This document shows, one piece after another, positions 1 to 12,060 of a stretch of DNA of 47,733 bases. Positions within the stretch are counted from its first letter, which is position 1. The number at the start of each line of letters is the position of its first letter. The position numbers and the translations under genes are program-made. The DNA is from Octopus bimaculoides. Taxonomy: Eukaryota. The DNA lies in the NCBI RefSeq assembly GCF_001194135.2, contig NC_068983.1:54878515-54926247 (forward strand), written 5' to 3'. A model generated the notes under the pieces. That model was not told where the DNA came from. It saw only the letters and a list, made by a program, of their open reading frames with translations, and did not search any database.

Positions 1-604
1 CTTTCTCCCCCCCCTCTCTCTCTCTCATTACAGCATCGGAGTGGGGTAGTTTCATTTTTAAAGTGAAAGTATTTGGCATGGTTCTTTTGTTTCACTTTTT
101 ACACGCAATACTTAAATAGTGGGGGAGGTATCAGTATGTGTGTATGTACATATCTTTGGCGTATGTCACGTTATTTCATTCTATATATTCCCCTCTTCAC
201 TTAAATATTAATAATCTATTTTATTTGAAAATTTGACATTATGAATGACATAACAGACAAAATGGTCGTCTCACATGACATCTCTAACAACATTATATTT
301 ATATAATGAAATAGTGAACAAAATTTCTCGTCTAAATTGAAATTTAGTGTTTCCTTAAATGGGCACATTGCCAAAAACCTGTAGAAGTGGGGCACACTCT
401 ACTAAATTGGTTTCAGTATACAATTAGTCTTTATTTTATCAACCATGGACTACTAAAAGCTAAATCAAACCTGACAGTATCAAACACTGAATGTGGGAGG
501 GTTTCGAGCAATATTGAAAAAGCAGGGTACTGTATTGGAATAAAGTACTATACAATACTCCTTTCAACATTGTGTTGTTTTAGCCTTAAAAGCAATGTTT
601 CTTA

Positions 605-1038
605 ATATTTCTATAGGGCCACCACAAGGTCTGAAATTGTTGGGGAAGTGACCAGTTGATTACATCAACTCCAGTGTTTTACTGGTACTTAATTTATCAA
701 CCCCGAAAGGATGAAAAGCAAAGTTGACCTCAGCAGAATTTGAACTCGGAACGTAGTGACGAGTGAAATACTGCTAAGTATTTCTTCCAACGTGCTAATG
801 TTTCTTATTTCTTTATTGCCCTTAAGGGGCTAAACATAGAGGGGACACACAAGGACAGACAAAGAGATTAAGGCGATTACATGAACCCCAGTGCGTAACT
901 GGTACTTAATTTATCGACCTCGAAGGGATGAAAGGCAAAGTTGACCTCAGCGGAATTTGAACTCTGAACGTAGTGATGGGTGAAATACCGCTAAGCATTT
1001 CGTCCAGCGTGCTAATGTTTCTGCCAGCTTGCCGCCTT
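605..1038 (-). mobile_element. Nested pair of family A tRNA-derived SINEs (tail-1 copy inside a tail-2 copy)
   Basis: Minus strand reads head AAGGCGGCAAGCTGGCAGAAAC, box B GAGTTCAAATTCC, core GTCAACTTTGCCTTTCATCC, tail-1, then a second body with the tail-2 end. The core resembles the MetaSINE central domain as I recall it. Confidence 0.85.
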
Positions 1039-1092
1039 AAAATGATAGTTAATTATAAAATGATAGTTAATTATAAAATGATAGTTAATTAT
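1039..1092. repeat. 18-bp tandem repeat x3 (AAAATGATAGTTAATTAT)
   Basis: Three exact copies abutting the 5' end of the minus-strand SINE. Confidence 0.95.
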
Positions 1093-1435
1093 TCAAATGG
1101 CAGTCAGAACATAGAAGGACATGATATAATGAAATGGTGCAGAACATTTTGTCTGTCTTGATTCTGTCAATCACTACCTCACCTTTGGGTCATAATAATT
1201 GTCTTTAATCTAGATGCAAGTGTGGATCATGAATGTGTATAGATGCAGGTGTAGACTTGTGGCTGAGGAGTGTGTCCTAAGCATATCATTTCAGGTTCAG
1301 TCCCATATCTTTTCTTATAGCACTGGGCCAACCCAAAGATGAGCTAAATTAAAAACTTTCCACCAAAATTTCATGCTGATCTAATGTTCCACACTCAAAT
1401 AATGACAGTTATTTTGTTATATTTTTTATTATCGG

Positions 1436-2055
1436 TGCTGATGTGGCTGTGTTGTAAGAACTTTGATTCCCAACCACACGGTTCTAAGTTCAGTCTCACT
1501 ATGTGGCACCTTGGGCCAACCAAAGCCTTGTGAGTGGATTTGGTAGACAGAAACTGATGCCAGGCAGTGAGCTGGCAGAAACGTTAGCACACTGGGTGAA
1601 ATGCTTAGCAGTATTTTGTCTGCCATTACGTTCTGAGTTCAAATTCCGCCGAGGTTGACTTTGCCTTTCATCCTTTTGGGGTCGATAAATTAAGTACCAG
1701 TTACTCACTGGGATCGATGTAATCGACTAAATCCTTTTTTCTATCCTTGTTTGTCCCCTCTATGTTTAGCCCCTTGTGGGCAATAAAGAAATAGGAAACT
1801 GAAAGAAGCAGATTGTGTTTGTATGTATATGCGTGTGCATGCACATGTTTTAGAGTGGGTATGTTTGTGTCTCTTTGTCTTGACATAGCATGATAGTTGT
1901 AAATAAGTGTCATTGTCGTACAAGCAGTATCGTTCATTTCCAATATTATGTGAAAATTTGTCAGGCTATGGAGATATATTACTTTGCTTGGAATCTGGTG
2001 AGGGCTGGTGACAGGAAGAGCATCCAGGTGTAAAAAAAAAAAATCTTCCTCAATA
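1436..2055 (+). mobile_element. Family B (CORE-type) SINE head with tail W, interrupted by a family A SINE (about 1558-1794)
   Basis: B head GTGGCTGTGTTGTAAG..GGCACCTTGGG; A copy flanked by GAAACTGA duplication (1550-1557, 1795-1802); ends GAGGGCTGGTGACAGGAAGAGCATCCAG. Confidence 0.75.
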
Positions 2056-2061
2056 AAGCTC

Positions 2062-2340
2062 ATGGCTGTGTGGTAAGTAGCTTACTTACCAACCACATGA
2101 TTCCGGGTTCAGTCCCACTGCGTGGCACCTTGGGCAAGTGTCTTCTACTATAGCCTCAGGCCGACCAAAGCCTTGTGAGTGGATTTGGTAGACGGAAATG
2201 GAAAGAAGCTCGTTGTATATATGTATATATATATGTGTGTGTGTGTGTGTCTGTGTTTGTCCCCCCCACCATTGCTTGACAACCGATGCTGGTGTGTTTA
2301 TGTCCCCGTAACTTAGCGGTTTGGCTTAAGAGACCGATAG
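2062..2340 (+). mobile_element. Family B CORE-like tRNA SINE, runs into N gap
   Basis: TGGCTGTGTGGTAAG, GGTTCAGTCCC, GTGGCACCTTGGGCAAGTGTCTTCTACTATAGCC (CORE-like), internal (TA)n(TG)n. Octopus OR1/OR2 SINEs are reported CORE-SINEs; assignment not checked. Confidence 0.85.
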
Positions 2341-2738
2341 NNNNNNNNNNNNNNNNNNNNNNNNNNNNNNNNNNNNNNNNNNNNNNNNNNNNNNNNNNNN
2401 NNNNNNNNNNNNNNNNNNNNNNNNNNNNNNNNNNNNNNNNNNNNNNNNNNNNNNNNNNNNNNNNNNNNNNNNNNNNNNNNNNNNNNNNNNNNNNNNNNNN
2501 NNNNNNNNNNNNNNNNNNNNNNNNNNNNNNNNNNNNNNNNNNNNNNNNNNNNNNNNNNNNNNNNNNNNNNNNNNNNNNNNNNNNNNNNNNNNNNNNNNNN
2601 NNNNNNNNNNNNNNNNNNNNNNNNNNNNNNNNNNNNNNNNNNNNNNNNNNNNNNNNNNNNNNNNNNNNNNNNNNNNNNNNNNNNNNNNNNNNNNNNNNNN
2701 NNNNNNNNNNNNNNNNNNNNNNNNNNNNNNNNNNNNNN

Positions 2739-2776
<38 letters not shown>

Positions 2777-3203
2777 CAGAAAATATACGCGACTAAAGAA
2801 TGAACTTGCTCTAAGCACTGAATTTTTCATAATTTTATTTTATTTTATTTTTCATGAAGCAATTTAGTGGCCTTCCAGCTCAAATGCCAGTGGCATACAT
2901 GTTTTGAGTATGAAACTAATAGGCAAAATAAATAAATAGATAAATAAATAAATGAAACACGAAGAACCAAGAGCAGCAAAAAAAAGAAAAGTAAAAGAAA
3001 AATCATTACTAAATTGGAGTTCAAGTATTGTACTTGACTCTCTGAAATTAAAGAATTAAGAGAACAAAATACCACTTTACTTGCAGAAGTTGTAAGAATG
3101 ATGTAAAATATTACATCTAGTTTATGTCACTGTAGCATCAACTATGTTCTTCATTTGTTTGCCAGGTTTTACACGCATTTTTTTCCATGCCAGCATAGGT
3201 TAG

Positions 3204-3231
<28 letters not shown>

Positions 3232-3236
<5 letters not shown>

Positions 3237-3396
3237 CAATAAGAAAATGGAGGGGAATATGAGGTACTCATCAACTTGCAGACACTGTATTCCTTTGATT
3301 CCTTAGGTGGGATAGGTATGTTTTTAAGTGATGAGTCAATCCTTATCAACTCCATTTTACCAGCCTCATATTCCCCTCCATTTTCTTATTGCTATA
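3232..3396. repeat. Fold-back element with perfect 33-bp terminal inverted repeats, next to (TA)n
   Basis: TATAGCAATAAGAAAATGGAGGGGAATATGAGG (3232-3264) versus its reverse complement (3364-3396). Confidence 0.9.
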
Positions 3397-3574
3397 TAAA
3401 TTTAGGGTAAAAAAAAAAAACCTTTTACCCACACCCACTTATTGCACTTGGTATAACACTAGTGTAACAATAATTGGGTACCCTCCCAGCTGTATATTGG
3501 ATATATATTATCCCTTAGTGGGTTGGATCCTCAACCCCTAACTCTCTTGATTTATATATATATATATACACGTT

Positions 3575-3709
3575 GAGAAAATGGAGGAAAAACAACAAGC
3601 AGAAGTGTATCTTTGGTGCTAAAAAGCCATTTAATTAGTTAACTAATTAAATAATGGCGTTTTAGCACCAAAGACACACTTCTATTTGTTGTTTTTCCTC
3701 CATTTTCTT
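3575..3709. repeat. Near-perfect 135-bp loopless palindrome
   Basis: Centre ATTTAATTAGTT|AACTAATTAAAT at 3640/3641; arms end in AGAAAATGGAGG, shared with the 3232 element. Confidence 0.9.
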
Positions 3710-3856
3710 ATCGCCTATATACACATTAAACTACGGTTTACCTTTTTAAACTACCTGCTGCCGTATACTTTGTACCAAGGACCATACTTACTGAGGTAAA
3801 TACCAGGAGTGCCTCTGGATACTTCTATCCTTTAGAGGGCTTAACACCTCTAACTT

Positions 3857-3893
<37 letters not shown>

Positions 3894-4111
3894 TTAAGGC
3901 ATTATTTTACAGCTGGTTACCTTTCTGTCAATAACCACTTCCTTCCCATATTTATGAAGGTGTAAAACAAGCAGGTGATCTGTTGACAGGTGAAGTGAGA
4001 ACAATAACTCCTTCACACACACACATTAATGTCCGTTTTCCATGCTAAATGGACTGGACACTGGAGGAAGAGGCAGTGCCCATAGTCTTTACAAGACCAT
4101 GACCGATGTGT

Positions 4112-4334
4112 TTAACCCTTTAGCATTCAAATTACTTTGTCAAATGTAATAATTTATTCACATTGTTTTGAATCTTTTGTACATTATTTTGTAGTTTTGA
4201 GATTTCAATGATGTGAATGTGTATTTTTCAGAATGACATTATAGGGTAGGTGGGAAAGGTCTGACCTGGTCAGTTTGAACATAAGACAGGCAGAATATTT
4301 GGATCTGATATAGTTGGTTTGAATACTAAGGGTT
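4112..4334. mobile_element. piggyBac-like MITE family 1 (TTAA-CCCTTTAGCATT ends)
   Basis: TTAACCCTTTAGCATTC ... AATACTAAGGGTT; homologous copies at 7594-7821 and 41292-41937. Confidence 0.7.
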
Positions 4335-4465
4335 TTGCCTTTTCATATCAATCCACCCACTTGAAACAATCCCTAGTTCTATGACACAAGCTGAAGTGAT
4401 CTAAATTAAATTAACATGAAGTTTTCATGGAAAGTTTTATATTCTAAGCACCAGCTTAATAATTA

Positions 4466-4694
4466 TTAACCCTTTTGTTACCATATTGCTGTTGAAATAC
4501 ATTGTCTTCATTTCAATTAATTGTTAAAATAACAAAGAATTCAGTGAAATAGCTTTGTCATTGTTAAGCTCAATTTTGGAACAAAAATTGACCGAAATTA
4601 TGATGAATCATGTTGATTCAGAACACCTTAAAACAACAATTATGTATTACAGAACCAGTGGCGGTCTCAGGCAAGCTGGTTTCAAAAGGGTTAC
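4466..4694. mobile_element. piggyBac-like MITE family 2
   Basis: TTAACCCTTTTGTTACC ... AAAAGGGTTAC; opposite-orientation copy at 30027-30226. Confidence 0.65.
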
Positions 4695-4993
4695 ATTGTT
4701 TTACTAAATTTTTTCATTATTTTTAAAATTAATTCTCCATGACAAAATACAGCGAATGACTTCCTTATAAGTTTGAATAAACTTCAAGCATATTCAAACT
4801 GGTAACAAGTTTGTATTTACGCACATCAATGCTTAGTGTTGTCACCCTGATAGNNNNNNNNNNNNNNNNNNNNNNNNNNNNNNNNNNNNNNNNNNNNNNN
4901 NNNNNNNNNNNNNNNNNNNNNNNNNNNNNNNNNNNNNNNNNNNNNNNNNNNNNNNNNNNNNNNNNNNNNNNNNNNNNNNNNNNNNNNNNNATA

Positions 4994-5025
<32 letters not shown>

Positions 5026-5116
5026 CATACACACATACAACCAACCATAGTGTGATCCTCATAATCAATGACTATGTGTCTCTGGAAGTCATTTTTATCA
5101 ATATTTTCACTATTGT

Positions 5117-5335
5117 AAGGCAGTCAACTGGCAGAAACGTTAGTATGCTGGGCGAAATGCATAGCGGTATTTCGTCTGTCTTTATGTTCTGAGTTCAAAT
5201 TCCGCCAAGGTCGACTTTGCCTTTCATCCTTTCAGGGTCAGTAAATTAGGTACCAGTTGTGTACTGGGGTCAATCTAATTGACTGCCCCCTCCCCCAAAA
5301 TTTCGGGCCTTGTGCCTAGAGTAGAAAAGAATAAT
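5117..5335 (+). mobile_element. Family A SINE, tail-2
   Basis: AAGGCAGTCAACTGGCAGAAACGTTAG..GAGTTCAAATTCC..CCTTGTGCCTAGAGTAGAAAAG. Confidence 0.85.
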
Positions 5336-5397
5336 TTCACTATTGTGCAACTGAAAATAGGGTCTTTAGGTTCAGTTGGAAAAATTCATAATAATAT

Positions 5398-5780
5398 TCT
5401 TTTACTTGTTTCAGTCACTAGACTGTAGCCATGCTGGGGCTCCATCTTGAAAGATTTTATTCGAATGAATCAACCCCAGTGCTTATTATTTTATAGTATG
5501 GTACTCATTCAATTGGTCTCTTTTGCTGAACCATTAAGTTACAGGGACATAAACATGTCGACACTGGTTATCAAGTGGTGGTGGGAGACAAATACACACA
5601 CATACACACACACACATGCATACACACACATGATGGGCCTTTCATATAGTTCCTGTCTACCACATTCAATGACAAGGCATTGGTCAGTCTGAAACTATAG
5701 CAGAAGACACTTGTCCAAGGTGCCATGCAGTGGGACTGAACCCGGAATCATGTGGCTGAGATGCACACATCTTAGTCACA
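5398..5780 (-). mobile_element. Family B SINE
   Basis: Reverse complement of B head, CORE-like segment and tail; internal (CA)n. Confidence 0.75.
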
Positions 5781-6634
5781 CCTGCACCTGATTTGAAGTA
5801 AAACTTCCCATCAAAATTTCACATTAGTTTGTGGTTTCAAACACTGGCTCAATAGCAACAAAATTATTTTACCAAATTTTATATTATTTTAAAGATTAAT
5901 TTAAAAAAAAGGCAGAGTATTTCAAGATTGAGAACATACCTCATGAAACCCACCTTTCATATTCTAGAAAGAGTACATGTTTATTGCTTATACAGATAGC
6001 AGTTTGTGTAAACTTCTTTTCAACCAACCTCACACGTTAGCTATTAATGCTATTACTGGTTTCCCTTCAAGCACTAATTATGTCAAGTAACTGGAATTTA
6101 TCTATTCAACCCAGTGAGAGATATCCAAGACAGCTCATGCTATTCGTTACTTTAGTTTATCTAGTACACCTGAGTAACTTCTATTAACATTATTGCATTT
6201 CTGCACTCACTAAAGTGGAAAAAATGTATATGCTTAATCATAAAATACAAATAAGATTTCCTTCTAATCTTTTTCAGTGCTTTAACTCTTTACTGGTAAA
6301 TTACTTTCAATCTAGGATTGTGTATGGTTACTGATAAGGTTTGTGTGGTTTCTTTGATTAGATGCTTAGGCTAAGTTGGTGCTTTTCAGAAGCACAGAGA
6401 TCAATAAGCCTAGCACTAATCCATGGATTCCTGGTGTTAATCTATAATATTAAGCAGATGTGAGATAAGTCTCCGCTGTATAACTTGCTGCTGTTTTGCA
6501 GTTAGCATTCCTCATGAGAAATTGAACCTGATATTGTGAGCTAAACACATGAATCATCAATGCTACACTGGGGCTGTCAACAGTGTTGAGCTAGTGAAGG
6601 CATGTAGCCTAGGAGTTATGGCATTGCTCTTACT

Positions 6635-6970
6635 GTGCTGGTGCCACATAAAAGCACTGGTGCCACATAAAAGCACTGGTGTTGGTGCCACATAGAAGCA
6701 CTGGTGCTGGTGCCACATAAAAGCACTGGTGCTGGTGCCATGTAAAAAGCACTGATGCCGGTGCTCCGTAAAAAGAACCAGTGTTGGTGTCAAAGCACCA
6801 AGTAAAAGACACCTAGTACACTCTGTAATGTGGTTGGCATTACGAAGGGCATCCAGCCATAGAAATGAAGCCAAAATGGATTATGAATCTGGTGTGGCCT
6901 TTGGCTTTACCACCCTCTGTCAAGCCATGCCAGCATGGAAAACAAACGTTAAATGATGATTATGATGATC
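6635..6970 (+). mobile_element. RTE 3'UTR-like element (family D) with an expanded array of about 7 GGTGCCACATAAAAGCAC units
   Basis: Tandem 19-26 nt units, then GGTTGGCATTACGAAGGGCATCCAGC and a CCATGCCAGCATGGAAA..GTTAAATGATGAT tail. Confidence 0.8.
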
Positions 6971-7145
6971 ATGGTTTCAGTTCCTGACCAGCTGGTGCAG
7001 TGTATTCTTTAGTATAACATTAAATTATACATTTCTCCAGTCCACCCTCCTGTAAATGAGTAGCCCTGTAATAGACTGGTGTCCCATTCAGGATGCAGTT
7101 CTGATCTCAGTCGCTTATACACTATAGAAATTGGGTAACTATAAA

Positions 7146-7380
7146 ATAAGGTGGTGAGCTGGCAGAAACGTGAGCACACCGGGCAAAATGCTTAGCAGTA
7201 TTTCGTCTGCCGTTAAGTTCTGAGTTCAAATTCCACCGAGGTCGACTTTGCCTTTCATCCTTTCGGGGTCGATAAATTAAGTACTAGTTACACACTGGAG
7301 TTGATGTAATCGACTTAATCCCTTTGTCTGTCTTTGTTTGTCCCCTCTATGTTTAGCCCCTTGTGGGCAATAAAGAAATA
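7146..7380 (+). mobile_element. Family A SINE, tail-1, with 14-bp TSD
   Basis: AGAAATTGGGTAAC (7126-7139) and AGAAATCGGGTAAC (7381-7394); host is a remnant of another SINE tail. Confidence 0.88.
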
Positions 7381-7593
7381 AGAAATCGGGTAACCTGTCC
7401 TGTTAGTCATATGACTTGAGATAGTAATCTCCAGGGAATGATGATGATGAATACCATAACACTGGTACTGTCTACAGTATTGAAGTATGTTACCTTTGGT
7501 ACCTATTTCCAGCTATGAGGGTGCCTTTACATAGTTCATTGATCTACTAAGAATAGCAGCTAAATCTCCTTCAAATCATTCCCTCACATGTTT

Positions 7594-7821
7594 TCAACCC
7601 TCAGCATTCAGATTACTCTGTCAAATATAATGTATATTTGTTCACGTTATCTTGAATTAATCAGGGACCAGCTCTTAGCTTTAAGGCTTTGATGGTATGG
7701 CTGTTTATGTTTAGAATGACTTTGTAGGGTAGGTGTGAAAGGCTTGATCATGCCAGCTTGGACAATAAAACAAATAGAGTATTTCGGCCAGATGTAGCGG
7801 GTTTAAATGCTGAAGGATTAA
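7594..7821. mobile_element. piggyBac-like MITE family 1
   Basis: Homologous along its length to 4112-4334; right end AAATGCTGAAGGATTAA. Confidence 0.7.
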
Positions 7822-8429
7822 AAAAACAAGCACCCCCCCCCCCCCCCCCCACCAAATACAAAGCAAACAGGTGTACATTGGATAATGCTATTCTAAAATA
7901 CTTACTGAAGACCAAGGTAGGATGGTCATGGCTGGAATGCTTTTTTTTTTATCACGGTTCTACCTGATTGTGTTTGAACTGGAACTAAACAGTAACAAAT
8001 GCAACAGTGATAACTGACAGCTAAGTGGACTTAACTAATGAGAGCGAAAGGTTTTGGCCCTCAACAAAACACAACATTGAGGACAAATTAAAAAAAGCAA
8101 GCCTGTTGCTATTTTATCAACTCGGTCATCTGCGTTCTCTCTCTTTATTACAGTATTTAGGTTGTCATACATATGTTAGCAATAAACAAAGCAGTTCAGT
8201 AAGATTTATGGCACATATATTAACAATGTATTTGCTATGAATCCTCCCATTTACTTATTCTGTTATTCTGTTATTTTGTTATTCGACAGCAGTAAGTTGT
8301 CATTGAGCCCCGAGTCAGCCCTGGTTGACCAGATGTATGATCAGTGCTACCTGATCATGTCCATCCTGGTCTTTAAAACCCCTTAGTTCCTAAATTTCTG
8401 TGGAAATATGCTCCTTTTGTTTCTCTTTT

Positions 8430-8643
8430 ACTCTTTTACTTGTTTCAGTTATTTGACTGTGGCCATGCTGTAGCACCACCTTTAGTTGAGCAAATCGATC
8501 CCAGGACTTATTCTTTATAAGCCTAGTACTTATTCTATCGGTCTCTTTTGCCGAACCGCTAAGCTACGGGGATGTAAACACACCACCATCGTTTGTTAAG
8601 CGATGCTGGGGGGACAAACACAGACACACAAACATATACACAC

Positions 8644-8716
<73 letters not shown>

Positions 8717-8910
8717 TATACAACGGACTTCTTTCAGTTTCAGTCCACCAAATCCACATGACAGGCTTCTACACAGTTTCTGTCTACCAAATTCATTCAG
8801 AAGATATTAGTCAACCTGGGGTTATAGAAGAAAACTGTTGCCCAAGGTACTTTGCAGTGGGACTGAACCTAAAATTATCTGGTTACAAAGTGATCTTTGC
8901 AACCACATAA
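8430..8910 (-). mobile_element. Family B SINE
   Basis: Full tail, internal (CA)/(TACA)/(TA) microsatellite, diverged head. Confidence 0.8.
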
Positions 8911-9399
8911 TTTGTGAAATTTATATCACAGCAGCCATCCTTGGGAAAAATTATAGAGTAGAACCAGTGTTAGTTTCAGACTGGTTGGAATCAAAAGGGT
9001 GAAGAATGTCTCAGAGATTACATTTGCCATTGTGTCCTTTCCTTAATTAAGATTATAAGATATAATTGAAGTGTATTTGGTTGTTATTTCTAGCAGATCA
9101 GATGACTTTGTAGAGGCTTTCTTGCAGGCCTGTTGGTCAGTATGGTTGACACTTTCTCATTGTAATTCTTTCTTTTGCTGTTGTGAGAAAAAGAAGAAAA
9201 AACATGAAACTCAGCTGTTACTGTGGGATGCCTAACATTGTTATTCTTGGAATCTGGCACAAGCAAATCCCCAAAGACCTCGTTTTTGGAAATGCTATTA
9301 GCAATTCTGCTGCTGCTGCTATTAATCATAACTAGCAATACCCATGAAAATTCCACAATTATTTTGAAACAGTAAGATAGCTGGAATTCTATAGAGAAC

Positions 9400-9556
9400 C
9401 ATGAAATATATTCTGTATTTGATGACATAAAAGACACAAGGGGTATATTAGAAGCACCCCAATTTCAGGAAAAAGGGAGCATCAGGAACAAAATTAACTT
9501 GCTAAAGGGGTAACTTGGTATATAAGACTGGGGTCTTATATACCATGGAATATAAA
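9400..9556. mobile_element. Possible terminal remnant of a Tc2/pogo-like DNA transposon
   Basis: ATTAGAAGCACCCCAATTT..GGGGTCTTATATACCATGGAATATA resembles recalled Tc2-type ends; degenerate and no partner end seen. Confidence 0.3.
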
Positions 9557-9711
9557 ATTTCTTTTGAAATTGCTTTAAGTATTTCGTTCTTTAGATGGTA
9601 AATGTCCACCTAGGTAGCTTTATTGAACATGCTGTCTTAGGAGACAATTTCTTTGAAAGCTTTTGTCTTTGTTAGATACTTGTCACCTCTTCTTCCTTGT
9701 CTTCATACTCT

Positions 9712-9917
9712 TTTTTTCTCTCTTTTACTTGTTTCAGTCATTTGACTGCGGCCATGCTGGAGCACCGCATTTAGTCGAGCAAATCGACTCCAGTACTTAT
9801 TTTATTGGTCTCTTTTGCCGAACCGCTAAGTTACTGGGGATGTAAACACACCACCATCGGTTGTCAAGCAATGTTGGGTTGACAAACACAGACACACAAA
9901 CATATACACACACACAC

Positions 9918-9958
<41 letters not shown>

Positions 9959-10058
9959 CGACGGGCTTCTTTCAGTTTCCGTCTACCAAATCCACTCAGA
10001 AGGTTTTGGTTGTGGCTATAGTAGAAGACACCTGCTCAAGGTGCCACGCAGTGGGAAT
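9712..10058 (-). mobile_element. Family B SINE
   Basis: Well-conserved reverse-complement copy with internal (TA)n. Confidence 0.85.
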
Positions 10059-11099
10059 GAACCCCACCAGCATGCTAATGTTTCTGCCAACTTGCCGCTT
10101 TCCAATAGTGGAATATACACACTACAGATCCAGGAAACTGATATTGTGAGCCTATGGCTTGGAAAGAGCCTTGATCTCCTCTCACCTTTATTATTTTTTG
10201 TTAATTATTTTACGTCACACTTTATTCTCTGTGCTTCATTTCACCAAACCATCCTGAATATTCATCAGAACTTGTTGAAAGTTATCTTCAGTGGACTAAA
10301 TGTTAATAATTGAAGTGTAGTTATGTTTCAATTGAATTTATCTTATAATTTGCTGAGAGCCAATTGTTATATTATAATTTGTAAAGAGCCAATTAATTAT
10401 ATTGTATAATAATTAAACAATTGAGACTGCAATGTATATTCGTTGCCAAATTCTACTTGTGACTCTGTTTCAGTTTTCAAGTGCAGTGTTTCGTCTTAAA
10501 TCACTCAAGTTGCAGGTATGGCTGTGTGGTTATATAGCTTCCCAATCATGTGGTCTTGGGTTCAATCACACTGTGTGGCACCTTGGACAGTGTGTTCTTC
10601 TCTAGCCTAAGGTTGACCAATGCCTTGTGAATAGATTTGGGTGATAGAAACTGAAAGAAGGCTGTCATGTATGTCTTTCTCTTTTACTGGTTTCAGTCTT
10701 TGAGCTGTGGTCATGCTGGGGCACTGCCTTGACAAAAAGGGATTGGGGCATGATTAGCTGATCCTCCTAATCTTAATCAGCTTCGTCTTTTATCTTTTAC
10801 TTGTTTCGGTCATTAGACTTGGGGTCATGCTGGGGCAGCGCCTTGATGAGTTTTAGTCTCACGAATTGATTCCACCAGTACTTAAAGGTTTTTTTAAGCC
10901 TGGAATTTAGTCCTTTGCTGAACTGACAAGGTTTGAGGATGTAAACACACCAACACCAGTTGTGAAGTGGTGCTGAGTGACAGATACAAAGGCACGTGTG
11001 CGCACATACACACAACAAGCTTCGTTCTGTTTCCGCATACCAGATGCACTCATAAGGCTTTGGTTGGCCTGAGGCTAAAGTAGAAGGCTCAGCAATTCT

Positions 11100-11405
11100 G
11101 AGGAAGGGATAAGTTCATTGCATTGACCCCTACTGCTCAACTAGGACTTATTTTATCAATCCTGAAAGGACAAAAGGCAAAGTTGACCATGGCAGGATTT
11201 GAACTCAGAACATAAAGATGGACTTAATAATAATAATAATAATAATAATAATCCTTTCTACTATTGGCACAAGGCCTGAAATTTTGGGGGAGGGGGCTAG
11301 TTGATTACACTGATCTCAGTACGTAATTGGTACTTATTTCATTGACCCTACAAGGATGAAAGACATAGTTGACCTTGGTGGAATTTGAACTCAGAACGTA
11401 AGGAC
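11100..11405 (-). mobile_element. Two head-to-tail truncated family A (tail-2) SINEs separated by (AAT)n
   Basis: Each has CCTTTC..GGCACAAGGCC and/or GGTAC..TTGAACTCAGAAC segments. Confidence 0.75.
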
Positions 11406-11417
11406 AAACAAACATCC

Positions 11418-11453
<36 letters not shown>

Positions 11454-11454
11454 C

Positions 11455-11667
11455 CGCCTGACTGGCCTTCGTGCCGGTGGCACGTAAAAGCACCCTCTAC
11501 ACTCTCTGAGTGGTTGGCGTTAGGAAGGGCATCCAGCTGTAGAAACTCTGCCAAATCAGATTGGAGCCTGGTGTAGGTTTCTGGTTTCACCAGTCCTCAG
11601 TCAAATCGTCCAACCCATGCTAGCATGGAAAGCGGACGTTAAACGATGATGATGATGATGATGATGT
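11455..11667 (+). mobile_element. RTE LINE 3'UTR fragment (family D)
   Basis: GTGCCGGTGGCACGTAAAAGCACC..GGCGTTAGGAAGGGCATCCAGC..GGACGTTAAAC(GAT)n. Confidence 0.85.
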
Positions 11668-12060
11668 GTAAAAAGTAAAGACCCCACCTTCAATCATGAA
11701 GGACCATAGGATTGCACCTAGAAGGTCCCCTTCTGAGGCACAAGTCTGGGCAATGTTGTTTATGGAAGACCGGTTGTCACCCATGCATGACAATCTCCCC
11801 ATAATAATTTTTGTTGAATGAATCAACCTCGGTACTTATGTTTTTGTAAAGCCTGGTACTTGTTCTATTGGTCTCTTTTTCTGAACACACCAATGGAGAG
11901 GACAGACTCAAAGATAAGCACATGCGCACATGAACACACACACACACACACACACACATACACACACAATGGGCTTCTTCCAGTTTCCACCTACCAAGTT
12001 CACTCACAAGGCTTTGGTTGACCTGAGGCTATAGTACAAGACACTTGCCAAGTGGCTACG

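Noticed and set aside
6635-6810. Short palindromic repeat array resembling CRISPR
   Set aside because: No unique spacers, unit length varies, eukaryotic context, and it runs into the RTE 3'UTR end.
9090-9437. 115-aa minus-strand ORF with RPARKPL, reminiscent of Tc1 transposase
   Set aside because: One short motif only, with no HTH or DDE pattern I can support; would need HMM evidence.
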